A DNA stretch of 58,723 nucleotides from a virus (taxonomy: Duplodnaviria; Caudoviricetes): positions 1-58,723 of the IMG/VR virus record IMGVR_UViG_3300045955_000216; one strand, written 5' to 3'. Below the pieces are notes generated by a model. That model did not search any database, was not told where the DNA came from, and saw only the letters and a list, made by a program, of their open reading frames with translations. A program made the position numbers and the translations under genes. Below, one piece after another: positions 26,801 through 35,564 of this stretch (its first letter is position 1; the number at the start of each line of letters is the position of its first letter).

Positions 26801-28710
26801 TCGGCGGCCTCGGCCTGGCGCGCCCGGATCGTCTCGAGGATCCGGGGCCCGCTGGCGGGTGGGGGCGTGACCTCCACCTGGCCGCCCTCGGGTGTCACGG
26901 GGGCGACCGCCGCGGCGGCCGTCTCGGCCTCCCCGGGGCGGGTCAGGACCGTTTGGACCTCGCGGCCAGCGTCGTCCTGGACCTGGACCTGGCTGGTTGG
27001 GTCGCCCGGGGTCGGCTTGGCGTCGACGCCGTACCCGAGGAGCCGCCCCGCCCGGCCAGCCCGGTACTCCTCGGCGACCCAGCGGTCGAGCATCCGGCCG
27101 GACAGCCCGGGCGGCGCCATCGCCTCGATGGCCGGCCGGCTGTAGTAGAGGGCGTTCCCGTTCGGGAGCTGGGCGACGCGGATCCGCTCGCCGCGCCGCT
27201 GGGCGCCCGGGCGAAAGTCGGCGTCCCACTCGAGCGGGACCTCGACCGCGGGCTTGTCGCCACGGGCCAGGGCGTTGAGCTGGGCCCGGACCGCCCGCGG
27301 GCTTTCCGGGAGCGTGCGGCGCTCGGCCTCGGCCTGGGCCGCTGCCTCGCGGGGGGCCGCCTGGGGCCCGCGGATGACGGCCCCACCGCCCGCGCCGAGA
27401 ATCCCGCCGATCGAGGCCGCCTCGAGGATCTCGCTCGACGGCGCCTGTTGGCCGGCCGCGGTCGCGCCGATGCCGGTCTGCATTCCTTCTTCGATCGCTT
27501 CGCCGGCGCCGCTCCGGAGGCCCCGCCGGACGAGCCTGCCCGTCCCGAGGATCGGGCTGAATCGTTGGGTGATGGTCAGGAGGAGCGCGTTCCCCACCGC
27601 CGCGCGGTTGCCGGCCGCGACCGCTTGCGTCGCGTCGCCGGTCTCGGCGAGGACGCGACTATACGTCTCGCCCGCGCCGGAGAGCGCCTGGCCGAGGCCT
27701 TCCACCGCGACGCCGGTGAGGCGCGCCAGGCGCGGCGCGATCTGCATGATCCGCGCGCTGACCGCGGCGGCGCCCATACCCGGGACCAGGAAGGCGGCCA
27801 GCGAGCCGATCCCCTGGAAGAGCTTGTCCGCATAGGTGGGATCCTTGACCCCGAGCGTGTCGGCGACCTCCGTCGCGGCCAGGCGGAAGTCCCGGAAGAG
27901 GTCCTCGGGGATCCCGACCTGACGCGCGAGAAGCTCGGCGCCGCCGGCCACACTCGCCACCGCCCCCGCGACGCCGGTCCCGACGCCCCGGCCGATCCGC
28001 TCGGCCGCGTTCATCGGTGGAGCCGGGCCTGGCTCCGGCCGGTCCGCCGCGACCCGCCGCGCGATGTCGGGGCTTGACTCCACGCCGGGGCCCACCTCCA
28101 CGCTCCCGCCCTGCCCGGACATCACGAGGGCCCGGGCGGCATCCGGCATGATCGCGCCCTGGGCGGCCGCGAGGCGGCGCCCCGTCGGGGTCCGGCCCGC
28201 CGCGTCCGGCTGGTCCAGGCCCGGGGTAACCTGGATCGGCCGCTCGCCGGCCAGGGGCGTCGTCACCGGGACGTCCGTGTTGCGCGCGACGGGCGGCGGG
28301 ACGGGCTGGCCGGTGCGCGTGTCCTTCCCGTCGACGATGAGGTTCGGATGGCCCGCCAGCTTGAACGTGCTCGGCCAGTGCCCCGTCGCGTCGGGGGCGG
28401 CGCCCGCGCGGTAGGCGGCGCGGTAGTCGTACTGGTGCGTGGGATCATCCGGATCCGGATGGAGGCCCTGCGCCTGGGCGTGCTTCGCGTACCAGGTGCG
28501 GAAGCCGGGGTCGTCGGGGCCGTCCTCGACGACCGTCCCGCCGGCGGAGACGGTGCCTTCCGCGCGGGCCCGCGGCGGCCGCTCGAGGCCGAAGAGTCGA
28601 TCGAGGTCGTCGACGCTCGGGCCCGACGCCGCGGCTGACGCGGCCGGGGTGCCGCGGGCGGCCGGCCCCGGCCCCCCGAAGAGCCGGTCCAGGTCTTCGA
28701 CCGTCGGCAC
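20860..28710 (-). CDS. Giant ejection/polyvalent virion protein (2616 aa): Gly/Ala-rich hydrophobic region, two ParB-like domains, RelA/SpoT-like domain, internal-virion-type C-terminus
   Basis: Last of the ejection genes; DP.RFQFK...VW.DPAD..V.NGHNR twice; RVKS/DYLGGR/GYRAIH/ELQL; PFVRTPAN..QPYS..RLEP. Confidence 0.85.
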   Translation of the reverse strand: MPTVEDLDRLFGGPGPAARGTPAASAAASGPSVDDLDRLFGLERPPRARAEGTVSAGGTVVEDGPDDPGFRTWYAKHAQAQGLHPDPDDPTHQYDYRAAYRAGAAPDATGHWPSTFKLAGHPNLIVDGKDTRTGQPVPPPVARNTDVPVTTPLAGERPIQVTPGLDQPDAAGRTPTGRRLAAAQGAIMPDAARALVMSGQGGSVEVGPGVESSPDIARRVAADRPEPGPAPPMNAAERIGRGVGTGVAGAVASVAGGAELLARQVGIPEDLFRDFRLAATEVADTLGVKDPTYADKLFQGIGSLAAFLVPGMGAAAVSARIMQIAPRLARLTGVAVEGLGQALSGAGETYSRVLAETGDATQAVAAGNRAAVGNALLLTITQRFSPILGTGRLVRRGLRSGAGEAIEEGMQTGIGATAAGQQAPSSEILEAASIGGILGAGGGAVIRGPQAAPREAAAQAEAERRTLPESPRAVRAQLNALARGDKPAVEVPLEWDADFRPGAQRRGERIRVAQLPNGNALYYSRPAIEAMAPPGLSGRMLDRWVAEEYRAGRAGRLLGYGVDAKPTPGDPTSQVQVQDDAGREVQTVLTRPGEAETAAAAVAPVTPEGGQVEVTPPPASGPRILETIRARQAEAAEGEIPAPPADRAPGPAPASQEGISEIPSREIPLEPGQALLPTGSVKADPGRFQFKLAGLETESGASGTFDPRQRYDPARDRNGLLVWRDPADGQVYVINGHNRLNLAKSQGVPQIRVRFLQAPNAETARTLGVVDNLVRDRRPKASAEQGFAVDRPSTTGTSAQDAAAFFREYGLGPQQLRAFGVDPDSPLVREGLRLAGTARMIGPTEAELRVEAGPEAAPTRVREVPLAELDLEPDRFQFKVSNREKSGSTGSLTGVRRWDPNLAGVVAVWRDPADQRLKVLNGHNRVNKARELGAAGDPSAPASIAVLEVEAETAEQARAVGALMNIAEGRGTAFDAAKFFRDTGLTAETLRTQGVPMRESVVREGLALGNLTAPVFARVQTGKLSTPRAVLIGERVQDPDAQLKLVQALERLEKRRPLRDKDVAELAGMAASAPTRAVTEETLFGTDTRQEAAVVEKAKLVADLRDRLSQDKRLFSTVSKSRAAQRLQAEGNVIDVARSQGVSQEAAVLLELFDRLKHVQGPVADVLNQGAARLAAGEGRHAVREQTYSALRKALPQALRGGPGGRPAGATAGDAAPDVPRGRAATAVPPADLAARVAGEPELEGVGAAAPRVEKTEAGDQYVMPGTERREMSAGPIRKGSTKPPLESERSERNLFNFEARDEADTRAAGQGDLFGAPADLAARTAGEPDLGGVGAAEPRGGEDPRPPVGFKLGGWYYFPEGGAYTERRLSTIPLDQALRGINLFEELRPQGAYRTFVENLGDPKAEPGEDLVFRVGSGRGSGLAGRNAGTVGGTLNFLVQAADKDLQTGSHVSVYAVRFGKPATGEYVASRGVSREGARGAADEATLQERLRERMAAQGDIRVGQSLEGQAGMPAAASSSAEGREARKIRPASMPGAGIQALAAADQTSPRTEPLESSTVRINPPPSSRPTSQTLTTVGSIDPSIANFDPAEVVRAPGRTRLRTLPERPNTAPLPSEPTYEAYQDTADVPTLLARAEDDRPQYEQRLRRLAVDTPGLTFPDRYPPRVKSDAKHRITEKLQARPGDAWVDYLGGRVWIDAPGDAARVLEAVGREFPVVDIENFLEKPKIGGYRAIHVAIELPTGLIAELQLVGQDVGAVQDAGWKIYEKWRGRKVETLTPAERAERAADIAKSEALFGGAHAKWLARAAATPARSVGAAAPTATASDTDLVVRATGRAGVDTDTGTNLDRLDTAVDVKYLYSQLHQQHHGHMMERRRGTMTLEEIERLSLEAGLDEGRIRRRVLGGTLNAEQITQARNILLASAERLAGIKAEYRTLQHEGQPIPDALVDRFARAAAAHIALQGEVEGATTEIARALAAHRILAKSAKAGKPLEGKALQAALELFGGEGAVTGERGEATGARNRARTLEVLELAAALPDGDTRGLSSFLRKAQERRWSDKLYEAWLSSILSGPQSHAANMIGNTLFMASNTAERTLAGGIDAVLAKLTGRQREVFAREGMAEVAGMLSALTSGRALGKAVAAWQLETRADLGRVEARPPAIGGRAGRVIRAPLRALSAEDAAFKAMVWDAEIHAGALRIALQEGHQGEALARRMSALIADPTPGMLLRAQGAQDYRTFQQKLGKMGQWVLWGRETIPALRYVIPFVRTPANIMKATLERTPLGFVPVVMRARRGEYTQGQRELGGVPRALAEDLARPFLGSMVMLAAGALAAAGYVTGGGGGEDRDTLRTKREAGWQPYSVTVPGVGSFAYNRLEPVGGLLGMAADIVELARGGEEQKAAQKADAMLRAVAQNITNKTFLGGLLGLSNMLADPLRYGESWLEGQARGMIPAGGLLGSIARGLDDTEREIEGPVAAMQAQLPGLRNQLPAKRGALGGALTSGETALERMVSPIRRNAPRPDKAVERELARVGYVPAAPPRSLTVDREKVELLERERRLYHRTWGAEAREDLLGLLEDPAYRALDRDEQKREIQSIVHRAQRDARGDLLDGVRERLGR
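23950..23958 (+). promoter_or_regulatory. Extended -10 promoter for nested antisense gene (leaderless)
   Basis: TGCTATACT in a local AT-rich patch, ending 7 nt before ATG 23966. Confidence 0.7.
23966..24181 (+). CDS. Nested antisense gene (71 aa), candidate antitoxin/immunity protein
   Basis: High GC3 and globular-looking MEPTVVKVWEVG...; host frame here is Ser/Thr/Pro-rich filler. Confidence 0.7.
   Translation: MEPTVVKVWEVGREDGGGFIRTVELSSGSVRGEVWSAAAKAWIPAPGMDAGRIFRASRPSAEELAAAGIPA
24972..25169 (-). CDS. Nested same-strand alternative-frame ORF (65 aa)
   Basis: GGAGG RBS before ATG; codon bias shifts into this frame. Confidence 0.45.
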   Translation of the reverse strand: MRSGNKRTAPSARRYPKLSEADQAVVLRELRRAMPHLTSLGDERPRRFRLPTSPPASPGSRSSRA

Positions 28711-28711
28711 G

Positions 28712-30265
28712 CTACCGGAGCTCCGCGGCGACGGCCTGCTTCTCGGCCGCCGACAACCCCTCGTAGCTGGTCACGTCCTCGCGGATCTTTCCCGCGCGCT
28801 TGAGCCGCGCGATGACCTTCTGGACGCGGAGCTTCTGCTGGTCTGGCGTGAGGCCCCCCCAGGTCTTCTCGCTCGTGCGCGTCGACGCGGTCGGCTCGGC
28901 GTCTTTCGCGTCGGCCCCGCGGCCCTTGCCGCCGCCCTGGAGCCGCGCGAGCTCGCCCTGCCAGTAGTCGACGTCGCCCTGCCGGCGGTCGCGCTCGTCT
29001 TCCTTGTCCTCGGGGTCGACGGACCGATCGCGGTCCACATCCCGGAGCGCCCGGCGCGCGCGGTCGAGGTTGAGCTGGGCCTCGCCCACGGTCTTCGCCC
29101 CGCCCTGGCCCCGGCCCGTCGTCCGGGCTTTGATGTCGGCGGTGCGCGCCTCGGCCTCGGCCCCGCGGGCCTGCTCGGTCTTGAGCTTCGCGGCCGCGAG
29201 GTCCTTCTCCTCGGAGGTCTGGGCCCCGGTCTTCGCCGCCGCCCGCATGTCGTCCTTGAGGAACCCCGGCATGTACTTCTCGCCGAGGGTCATCATCCCG
29301 ACGGCGCCGACCGGGTTCTCGCCGAAGACGGTGGCGAAGGCGTCCTTCGGGGGAACCTCCTGCATCCGGAGCTGGGCGTACCGGAAGCCGGCCTTCCCGA
29401 TGGGGCTTTCGGACGCCGCGACCGCCTGGCCGATCTCGTCGAAGTAGCGCGCGACGATGGGGGCCCGCCGGTGCTCATAGAGCGCCTGGGCCAGGTCGAG
29501 TTGCTCCGTCTCGGTGAGCGGCTTGTTCTGGGCCAGCTTCGACCAGACGGGCCGCGACGCCACCAGGAAGGCGTCGTTCTCCTCCTGGCCGCGCTCCGAG
29601 GCCTGGAGCTCCATGATCGTCTTGACCTCGCCCGGCGAGAGCTTTTCCTCGTCGACCAGGGCGCGCGCGAAGAGGAGCAAGCCCGCCGCCCGCTGGCCCG
29701 GCTCCTTCTTCGCCATGAGGTCAACGGCCTCGAGCTTCTTCGTGCGGGCCTGGTCCTTCCGATCCTTCCGGTCGAGCTCCTCCTGGGTCTGCTCGACGGT
29801 CTTGATCCCGAAGGCGGACGCCGCGCCGAAGGCCGGCTTCTTGGTGGCGCGCACCACGTTCGCGGCCGCCCGCGCGGCGCCCGGGTGCTCGCGGAGCATC
29901 TCGGCCGTCGAGCCGTAGGGCTGCCGGAACCCCCGCGGGTCCAGCGCGGCGCCCTCCACGTCCTCGGCCCCGCCCATCTCCGACGCGGGGACCTGGTACG
30001 GGATCCCGGCATACTCGCGGCCGCCCAGCGCGGTCTCGAGCGTGGCGAGGTCGGTCGGGAGCCCCTCGAGCCGGGTGGCCTCCTCGCGGGCCCGCGTGGC
30101 CTCCGCCTCCTCGAGGCGGATCCGCCGCTCCCGGAGGTCCATGTCCCGATTCCACCGCGCCTGTTCGGCGGCCTCGCGGGCCTGCCGCTCCTCATCGCGG
30201 CGGCGCTCGAGCATCGCCCGCGCTACGGCGTCCCCTGCGCTCGCGATGCCGCGTCCGAGTCCCAT
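28712..30265 (-). CDS. Putative DNA ejection/internal virion protein
   Basis: Helical, charged; GLGRGIA N-terminus; position. Confidence 0.6.
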   Translation of the reverse strand: MGLGRGIASAGDAVARAMLERRRDEERQAREAAEQARWNRDMDLRERRIRLEEAEATRAREEATRLEGLPTDLATLETALGGREYAGIPYQVPASEMGGAEDVEGAALDPRGFRQPYGSTAEMLREHPGAARAAANVVRATKKPAFGAASAFGIKTVEQTQEELDRKDRKDQARTKKLEAVDLMAKKEPGQRAAGLLLFARALVDEEKLSPGEVKTIMELQASERGQEENDAFLVASRPVWSKLAQNKPLTETEQLDLAQALYEHRRAPIVARYFDEIGQAVAASESPIGKAGFRYAQLRMQEVPPKDAFATVFGENPVGAVGMMTLGEKYMPGFLKDDMRAAAKTGAQTSEEKDLAAAKLKTEQARGAEAEARTADIKARTTGRGQGGAKTVGEAQLNLDRARRALRDVDRDRSVDPEDKEDERDRRQGDVDYWQGELARLQGGGKGRGADAKDAEPTASTRTSEKTWGGLTPDQQKLRVQKVIARLKRAGKIREDVTSYEGLSAAEKQAVAAELR

Positions 30266-30278
30266 TGGCGTCGCTCCC

Positions 30279-30641
30279 CTAGTAGGCCGTCTCGAGGCCG
30301 CCCATCGGCCCCGGGGGTGTCATGTCGACCGTCGGCGCCATGCCGCCCGGCTCGATCCCGACCTCGAGGCCGGGTCCGCCGCCGGGGACCTCGGCCGGGG
30401 CCGGTTCGCCGGGGGCCTCCGCCGACTCGTACCGCATCCGGAGGTCCTGCACCGCCCGCTGAAACTCCGCGCGCGCCTCTTGGATCTGGCGCTCGAGCAT
30501 CGCCCGGAGCTCGCGGAGCTGGGTCTCATACTCGAGCTTGCGCCGCCGCGCGGCCTCGGCGTCGGTCTTGCTCTTCGACGACGCGACCATCGCTCCGCCC
30601 AGCACGCGCCCCGCCTGGGCGAGCCCCTGCCCCGTGTCCAT
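30279..30641 (-). CDS. Putative small ejection protein
   Basis: Gly-rich N-terminus plus coiled coil. Confidence 0.5.
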   Translation of the reverse strand: MDTGQGLAQAGRVLGGAMVASSKSKTDAEAARRRKLEYETQLRELRAMLERQIQEARAEFQRAVQDLRMRYESAEAPGEPAPAEVPGGGPGLEVGIEPGGMAPTVDMTPPGPMGGLETAY

Positions 30642-30651
30642 TGGTCGCCCC

Positions 30652-31752
30652 CTACATCATCATCGCGGCGGCGCCCAGCGAGCCGCCGGCCCCGATGAGG
30701 CCGCCGAGGAGCTCGTTGCCCGCGTCGAACCGCTGGCGCGCGGCGGCGCCCTGGTTGGCGTAGTAGTCGCGGAGGAGCGCCCCGCCCACGCCGTACTGCG
30801 TGCCGAAGACGTCCACCGCGTTCCGCGCCTGGGTGTTGTAGAGCCCGGCGTTGAAGAGGTTCTGCTGGTTGCGCCCGGTCTGGAGGATCGACAAGAGGTC
30901 GTTCCCGCCCTGGACCGGCGTGCTCGTGAACGAGAGGATCGGGCCGGCGCTCGTCATCGGCGACGACGCGGCGAAGAGGTCGCCGCGTTGCCCCATGAGC
31001 TCCCGCGTCATCGGCGCCGCGGTGTAGGCGGGCGCCAGGAACGGGAGGAGCCCTTCCGTCGCCGCGCCGCGCGCGGTATCCATCTCGGCCCGGTTCATCC
31101 GGTAGAGGCCCTCGCGGACCGCCGTGTCGAAGTCCCCGCGCCGGCGGCTCCCGGGCGTCGTGCTCTCCCAGCCCGGCCCGTACTGCGCGCGCATCCGCTC
31201 GTCGAGCGCCTGGCGCTCCTCGGCGATGATCCGCGCGACGGCCGGATCCGCGACCTCGCCGGCGGCCGCCTTGCGGAAGCGGTCCATGTACGTTCCGGCG
31301 ATCTCGCGCTGGCGGCCGATGTCCTCGTCGAGGTAGCCCGAGAGCGTGACCTCGCGCCGGGCGAGCTGGGCGGCGACCTCGCCCGGCGCCATCCCGACCG
31401 CGGCGGCGTACTCCTTCCGGAACGTCTCTTGCTCGCCGATCGCGGCGGCTTGCTGGTCGAGCATCCGGACCTGGAGCTCCTGGTACTGCTTGAACTGCTC
31501 GGCGAAGACGTCCGCGAACGGCCGGCCATACTGCCGCTCGAGGCTCGCGAGGATCGCGTCCTGCATCGCGGCGGCCTTCTTCAACCGCTCGAGCTGGAAC
31601 CCGAGGAGCGCCTTCTCCTCGTCGGAGGCGCCGACAAACGCCGGCGCCGCGGGGAGCTCGGGCCCCCCGCCCTCGAGGACGATGCTCGTCGGCCCCGGCG
31701 CGGGGGCCGGCGGGCCGTTGTCGCCGGAGAAGAAGTCGCCGAGGAAGCTCAT
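30652..31752 (-). CDS. Putative pilot/ejection protein
   Basis: MSFLGDFFSG start, Gln/Ala-rich, C-terminal LGGLIGAGGSLG. Confidence 0.65.
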   Translation of the reverse strand: MSFLGDFFSGDNGPPAPAPGPTSIVLEGGGPELPAAPAFVGASDEEKALLGFQLERLKKAAAMQDAILASLERQYGRPFADVFAEQFKQYQELQVRMLDQQAAAIGEQETFRKEYAAAVGMAPGEVAAQLARREVTLSGYLDEDIGRQREIAGTYMDRFRKAAAGEVADPAVARIIAEERQALDERMRAQYGPGWESTTPGSRRRGDFDTAVREGLYRMNRAEMDTARGAATEGLLPFLAPAYTAAPMTRELMGQRGDLFAASSPMTSAGPILSFTSTPVQGGNDLLSILQTGRNQQNLFNAGLYNTQARNAVDVFGTQYGVGGALLRDYYANQGAAARQRFDAGNELLGGLIGAGGSLGAAAMMM

Positions 31753-32141
31753 GCCGTGGCCTCCGTGGGGGCCGTCCACCACTCGAGGGCATCCGTCACC
31801 GCGTAGCACCGCCAGCCGAGGTACGCCAGCCCGAGCCCGTAGGGCGAGCCCGTCGGGATCGCCAGGCAGACGCGCGCCCAGCGGCTCGCGAGGTCCGCGC
31901 GGATCGCCCCGAGCAAGGTCCGGATCCCGGCGAAGGACCGGGCCGCCGCGTCGATGGCGACGTGCTCGAGGTAGAACTCGCCGCGGATCGGGCCGCCCGA
32001 CGCGACGCCGATCGGGGTCCCGTCTCGGTCCAGGCGCCACCAGGTCCGATCGGGGCCGTGATGCACGGGGCCCGGGATCATCGCGAGGAGCCGGGGCACG
32101 AGCGGGTCGTCCCAGCCGATCCGCTGGACGGTGTGCGTCAC
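31749..32141 (-). CDS. GNAT-like protein (podovirus ejection-locus type)
   Basis: PIGVA..FYLEHVAI...LGW; typical position. Confidence 0.45.
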   Translation of the reverse strand: MTHTVQRIGWDDPLVPRLLAMIPGPVHHGPDRTWWRLDRDGTPIGVASGGPIRGEFYLEHVAIDAAARSFAGIRTLLGAIRADLASRWARVCLAIPTGSPYGLGLAYLGWRCYAVTDALEWWTAPTEATA

Positions 32142-32626
32142 GGCTGGTCGAACCCCCGCTCCTGGATCAGGAAGAGGAGCGCGCGCACGACGCGGCGGAA
32201 GAAGGTCCGCTGGGCGTCGGTGTAGGTCGGATCCGGAAAGAGCGCGTCCACCATCGCCGCGACCTGGGCCGGCGTCGGGAGGTTCTCGCCCTGGATGGCG
32301 ACGTGCGCGGTCTCGGTCCGTGTCCGGAGGGCGAGCTCCGCCGCCAGGCGGGCCGCCTCGCGGGCCTCAAGGCTCGACGGGAGACCGGGGTTGTGAGCGA
32401 GGACGATCGCCTCGGCGGCCGCCGCCTGGGCGTCCGGCACCGTGATTCGGAGCCGTTGCCCGCCGTCGGATTCGACGACCGCGGGGATCCCCGCCGCCTG
32501 GAGCTGCTCCTGGAGGAGCGGCGCCTTGTGCGGCCGGAGATAGGTGCGCGTCTCCGCGCCGGCCTCGAGGGCCAGCGTCCCCACCAGGACCAGGACGACT
32601 CCGACGTGTCGCATCGCGTGCCTCAT
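32138..32626 (-). CDS. Hypothetical tail-associated protein with signal-peptide-like N-terminus
   Basis: MRHVGVVLVLVGTLALEAGA; follows tail fibre. Confidence 0.6.
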   Translation of the reverse strand: MRHAMRHVGVVLVLVGTLALEAGAETRTYLRPHKAPLLQEQLQAAGIPAVVESDGGQRLRITVPDAQAAAAEAIVLAHNPGLPSSLEAREAARLAAELALRTRTETAHVAIQGENLPTPAQVAAMVDALFPDPTYTDAQRTFFRRVVRALLFLIQERGFDQP

Positions 32627-33927
32627 GGCCCGAGCCAGTAGATCCAGAACTCCGGGGCGTAGTTGGTCGCCGCCTGCGTGTTGAGCGACCCGCCCGAGTC
32701 CTGGAAGGCGTTGCACTCGACATAGTTGGTGGCCGCCAGGCTGTACGCGGTGACGACCGTCGTCTCCTTGCCGGCGGTGGCGTTCGCGGCCGGCTGCCGC
32801 TGCCGCGCGAGGCTCGTCGTCCCGCCGAGCATGATCTCGACCCCGCGGTCCCCGGTGGCGTGCCCCGCCCACTGGAGGGAGCACCCGATCAGGTACTTCC
32901 CGGCCCCGCCCGCGGGAATCGTGAGCCGGCTCGTCTGGGAGCTCGTCGAGTGGAAGTCCGAGGTATCGAACCGCTCGGTGTCGAACGTCACCGCGGTCCA
33001 GGCGTTGTTGCCGATCGAGATGTTGAGGCTGTTGTAGACGCGCGCCCCGGTGGCGGCCGTCGCCGTCGCCTCCGAGGGGTGCGGGGTGAAGACCGGCGAG
33101 AGGTAGCCCTCGACCAGGATGGCCGCGTCGATGTAGGCGGTCGTGTCTCCGGTGTCGACGCTGAGGGCCCCGGTGATGCCCGTCGCCGACCCGGAGAGGG
33201 TCCGCGTGACCGTGAGAAATTCCCAATTCGCGCCGCCCGTGTGGTAGCTCGAGAAGGTCGTCGCGACCCCGTCCGCGAGCGAGAGTCGGGCCCGCGTCGC
33301 CACGGTGGCCCGCACCCAGGCCCCGAAGGTGTACGTCCGGTCGCGGAAGTAGCTCGTCCCGCCCGCGGCCGTCGAAATGGCCTGGCTCAGGCTGGCGTCG
33401 GCGCCGCTCCGCGTGACGGCCGCGCTGTAGACGGCGTGCTTGATCTGGCCGGCGTCGCGCGCGATCGTCGCGCCGGCCCCGGACAAGGTCCAGTTATCCG
33501 GCGCGACGGTGGTCCCGTTCGACCACTTCTCCATCGACCCGTTGAGGAGGTAATTCGGTCGGTTGGGCTCGACGGGCGTCTGGTACCAGTAGACGCCGCT
33601 CGAGGCCCCGCGGGTCAGGAGCTTGAGCTGGTACCGGAGGCGCTCGAGCTCGCCGGCGAGGGAGGTGGCCTGGCTCTCCGCTCCGCTCGGATACGGGTTC
33701 ACCGCCGACTGCATCTGCGACACGGTGGCGGAGTAATCGTCGACGCATTGGGTCGTGCTGTTCGTGGTGGCGGCCTGGGTCATGCTGTTGTTCAGGTCCG
33801 GCGCCGTGAGGACCTCGTTGTTCGACCAGACCTTGTAGACGCCGCAGTTCCCGGCGCCCTCGGCCTGGGCCCCTGCGAGGATCAAGACCGCCAGGGCGAG
33901 GCCGCTCCACTGTCGTCGGTTGAGCAT
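32623..33927 (-). CDS. Tail fibre/spike: CBM-like and C1q-like domains, N-terminal signal peptide
   Basis: W...EVLTA.DLN anchor motif, NYLLNGSME, VTFDTERFD...AGKY. Confidence 0.7.
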   Translation of the reverse strand: MLNRRQWSGLALAVLILAGAQAEGAGNCGVYKVWSNNEVLTAPDLNNSMTQAATTNSTTQCVDDYSATVSQMQSAVNPYPSGAESQATSLAGELERLRYQLKLLTRGASSGVYWYQTPVEPNRPNYLLNGSMEKWSNGTTVAPDNWTLSGAGATIARDAGQIKHAVYSAAVTRSGADASLSQAISTAAGGTSYFRDRTYTFGAWVRATVATRARLSLADGVATTFSSYHTGGANWEFLTVTRTLSGSATGITGALSVDTGDTTAYIDAAILVEGYLSPVFTPHPSEATATAATGARVYNSLNISIGNNAWTAVTFDTERFDTSDFHSTSSQTSRLTIPAGGAGKYLIGCSLQWAGHATGDRGVEIMLGGTTSLARQRQPAANATAGKETTVVTAYSLAATNYVECNAFQDSGGSLNTQAATNYAPEFWIYWLGP

Positions 33928-33929
33928 GG

Positions 33930-35561
33930 TCACTCCGCCACCTTGGCCCCGATGAAGGCCTTGATGATCTTGAAGCTCGCGCCGGCTTCGCTGTTGTAGC
34001 CGCGGAAGGAGATGCGCGTCCCCCGCCAGAGGAGCCGCCGGCGCCGGTGGATGATGCGCGCCTCCGCTAGGCGGTCGACGTCGAGCACGAACACGCCGAG
34101 CGGCACCCCGGTCGCGGCGACATTGAACGCGAGCGGCGTCAGCGTCTTGAGGATCCCGTCGATCCAGACGTCGACATACAGCGTGTGCTCCCCGAGCCCC
34201 TCCACCCAGAACTCGAGGTAGTCGAAATTCTTGATGCGCCCGCGCCACTCCGGGACAACCTCGCCCAGGTCGGTGTGGTCGGTCTGAAACTCGCCGATGT
34301 AGCCGGCCCCGTCCTTCGAGCGGTCCGGCATGTCGAGGCGGTACACATGGCCGGAGGTCGTCCCGATGTAGGGGCGGGTGATGCCCTGGTGTCGGCGCAT
34401 GGTGAGGCACGTCGCTTCGTCCCGGTCGCTGTAACAGAAGCGGGGCCCGACGGCCGGATTGTTGAAGTCGAGCGTCAGCCGATAGGGCGCCAGGGGGCCC
34501 GCGGCCTGCGTCCCGAAGGCGTCGGCCTGGAACGCATCCGCCTGGAAGGCGGGGACGGTCTGGCCGACCGAGCCGCGGGCCGGGAGGAGCGCATAGGCGA
34601 GGGATTTATCCCCGTACCAGACGATCGTCGCGCGCCCGAGGGCCTCAGCGTCGACATGCTCCCGGATCCAGGTCCCGAGCTTCGGCGTGGTGAGGTCGGA
34701 GCTCTCCGCGTCCCGCTCGACCGAGGTGGCGGACAGCGCGTGGACCGAGCCCTCGGTGTCGATGAAGGCCACGTCATTCGGGATCGGCGTGACGCCCCAG
34801 GGGCCCGAGGTCCCCACCGCGCGACTCTGGATGTCGTACCGCCAGGCCGCCGGATCGGGGTTCGACGTGTCAATGACATAGACCCCGTTCGGCCGCTTCC
34901 AGAGGACGAGCATCTTCCGGAAGGACATCGCCGCGACGATCTCGTCGCCCTCGCCGGGCCCGATCGGGATCGAGCCGGCGCCGGTCCCCACGAAGTCCTC
35001 GTGGTCGCTGGACGGCGTGTAGTAGGCCGTGTGCTGGAGGAAGGCCCAATGCCGCCCCTCGTGGATGATCCCGACGGACGGCTGGCGGGCCCCCACCCAA
35101 TCGAGGGGCCGCTTGGCGGGGTCGAGCGGCGCCATCGTGAGGAAGTCCCCGACGCCGACCTGGATGGGCGAGGCCCCGGTGTAGAGGAAGAGCTTCTTCG
35201 GGGCCCCGGGGACCTCCTGGCCGCCCTCGACGAAGTAGGGCGGCCGGCCCGTGTTGATCGCCCCCTCGGGCCGGGCCGTGATCGCGAAGGTCCAGCTCAC
35301 GCCGTCGTCGAGGTAGATCCCCCCGCCGATGGTGACGGCGACGGTGCGCTGGGTCGCCGACTCCGGCCACCAATCCCAGAGCCCCCGGATGGGGCCGGGG
35401 AGCGCCGAGACGTTCTGCCGCTGGGCCCCGCCTTCTTTCTCGATCTGATTGTTCTCGAGGGTGATGCCGCGGGCCAGGATGAGGCCCGTGATCGGGACCC
35501 GCCGGGGCCCATACATCCCGTCCTCGCCGACGGGGATCTGGGGCTTGAGGCCGGTATACAT
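33930..35561 (-). CDS. Tail nozzle/stabilisation protein (beta-propeller)
   Basis: Beta-rich; GDEIVA, DVAFID motifs; follows adaptor. Confidence 0.65.
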   Translation of the reverse strand: MYTGLKPQIPVGEDGMYGPRRVPITGLILARGITLENNQIEKEGGAQRQNVSALPGPIRGLWDWWPESATQRTVAVTIGGGIYLDDGVSWTFAITARPEGAINTGRPPYFVEGGQEVPGAPKKLFLYTGASPIQVGVGDFLTMAPLDPAKRPLDWVGARQPSVGIIHEGRHWAFLQHTAYYTPSSDHEDFVGTGAGSIPIGPGEGDEIVAAMSFRKMLVLWKRPNGVYVIDTSNPDPAAWRYDIQSRAVGTSGPWGVTPIPNDVAFIDTEGSVHALSATSVERDAESSDLTTPKLGTWIREHVDAEALGRATIVWYGDKSLAYALLPARGSVGQTVPAFQADAFQADAFGTQAAGPLAPYRLTLDFNNPAVGPRFCYSDRDEATCLTMRRHQGITRPYIGTTSGHVYRLDMPDRSKDGAGYIGEFQTDHTDLGEVVPEWRGRIKNFDYLEFWVEGLGEHTLYVDVWIDGILKTLTPLAFNVAATGVPLGVFVLDVDRLAEARIIHRRRRLLWRGTRISFRGYNSEAGASFKIIKAFIGAKVAE

Positions 35562-35564
35562 GGC

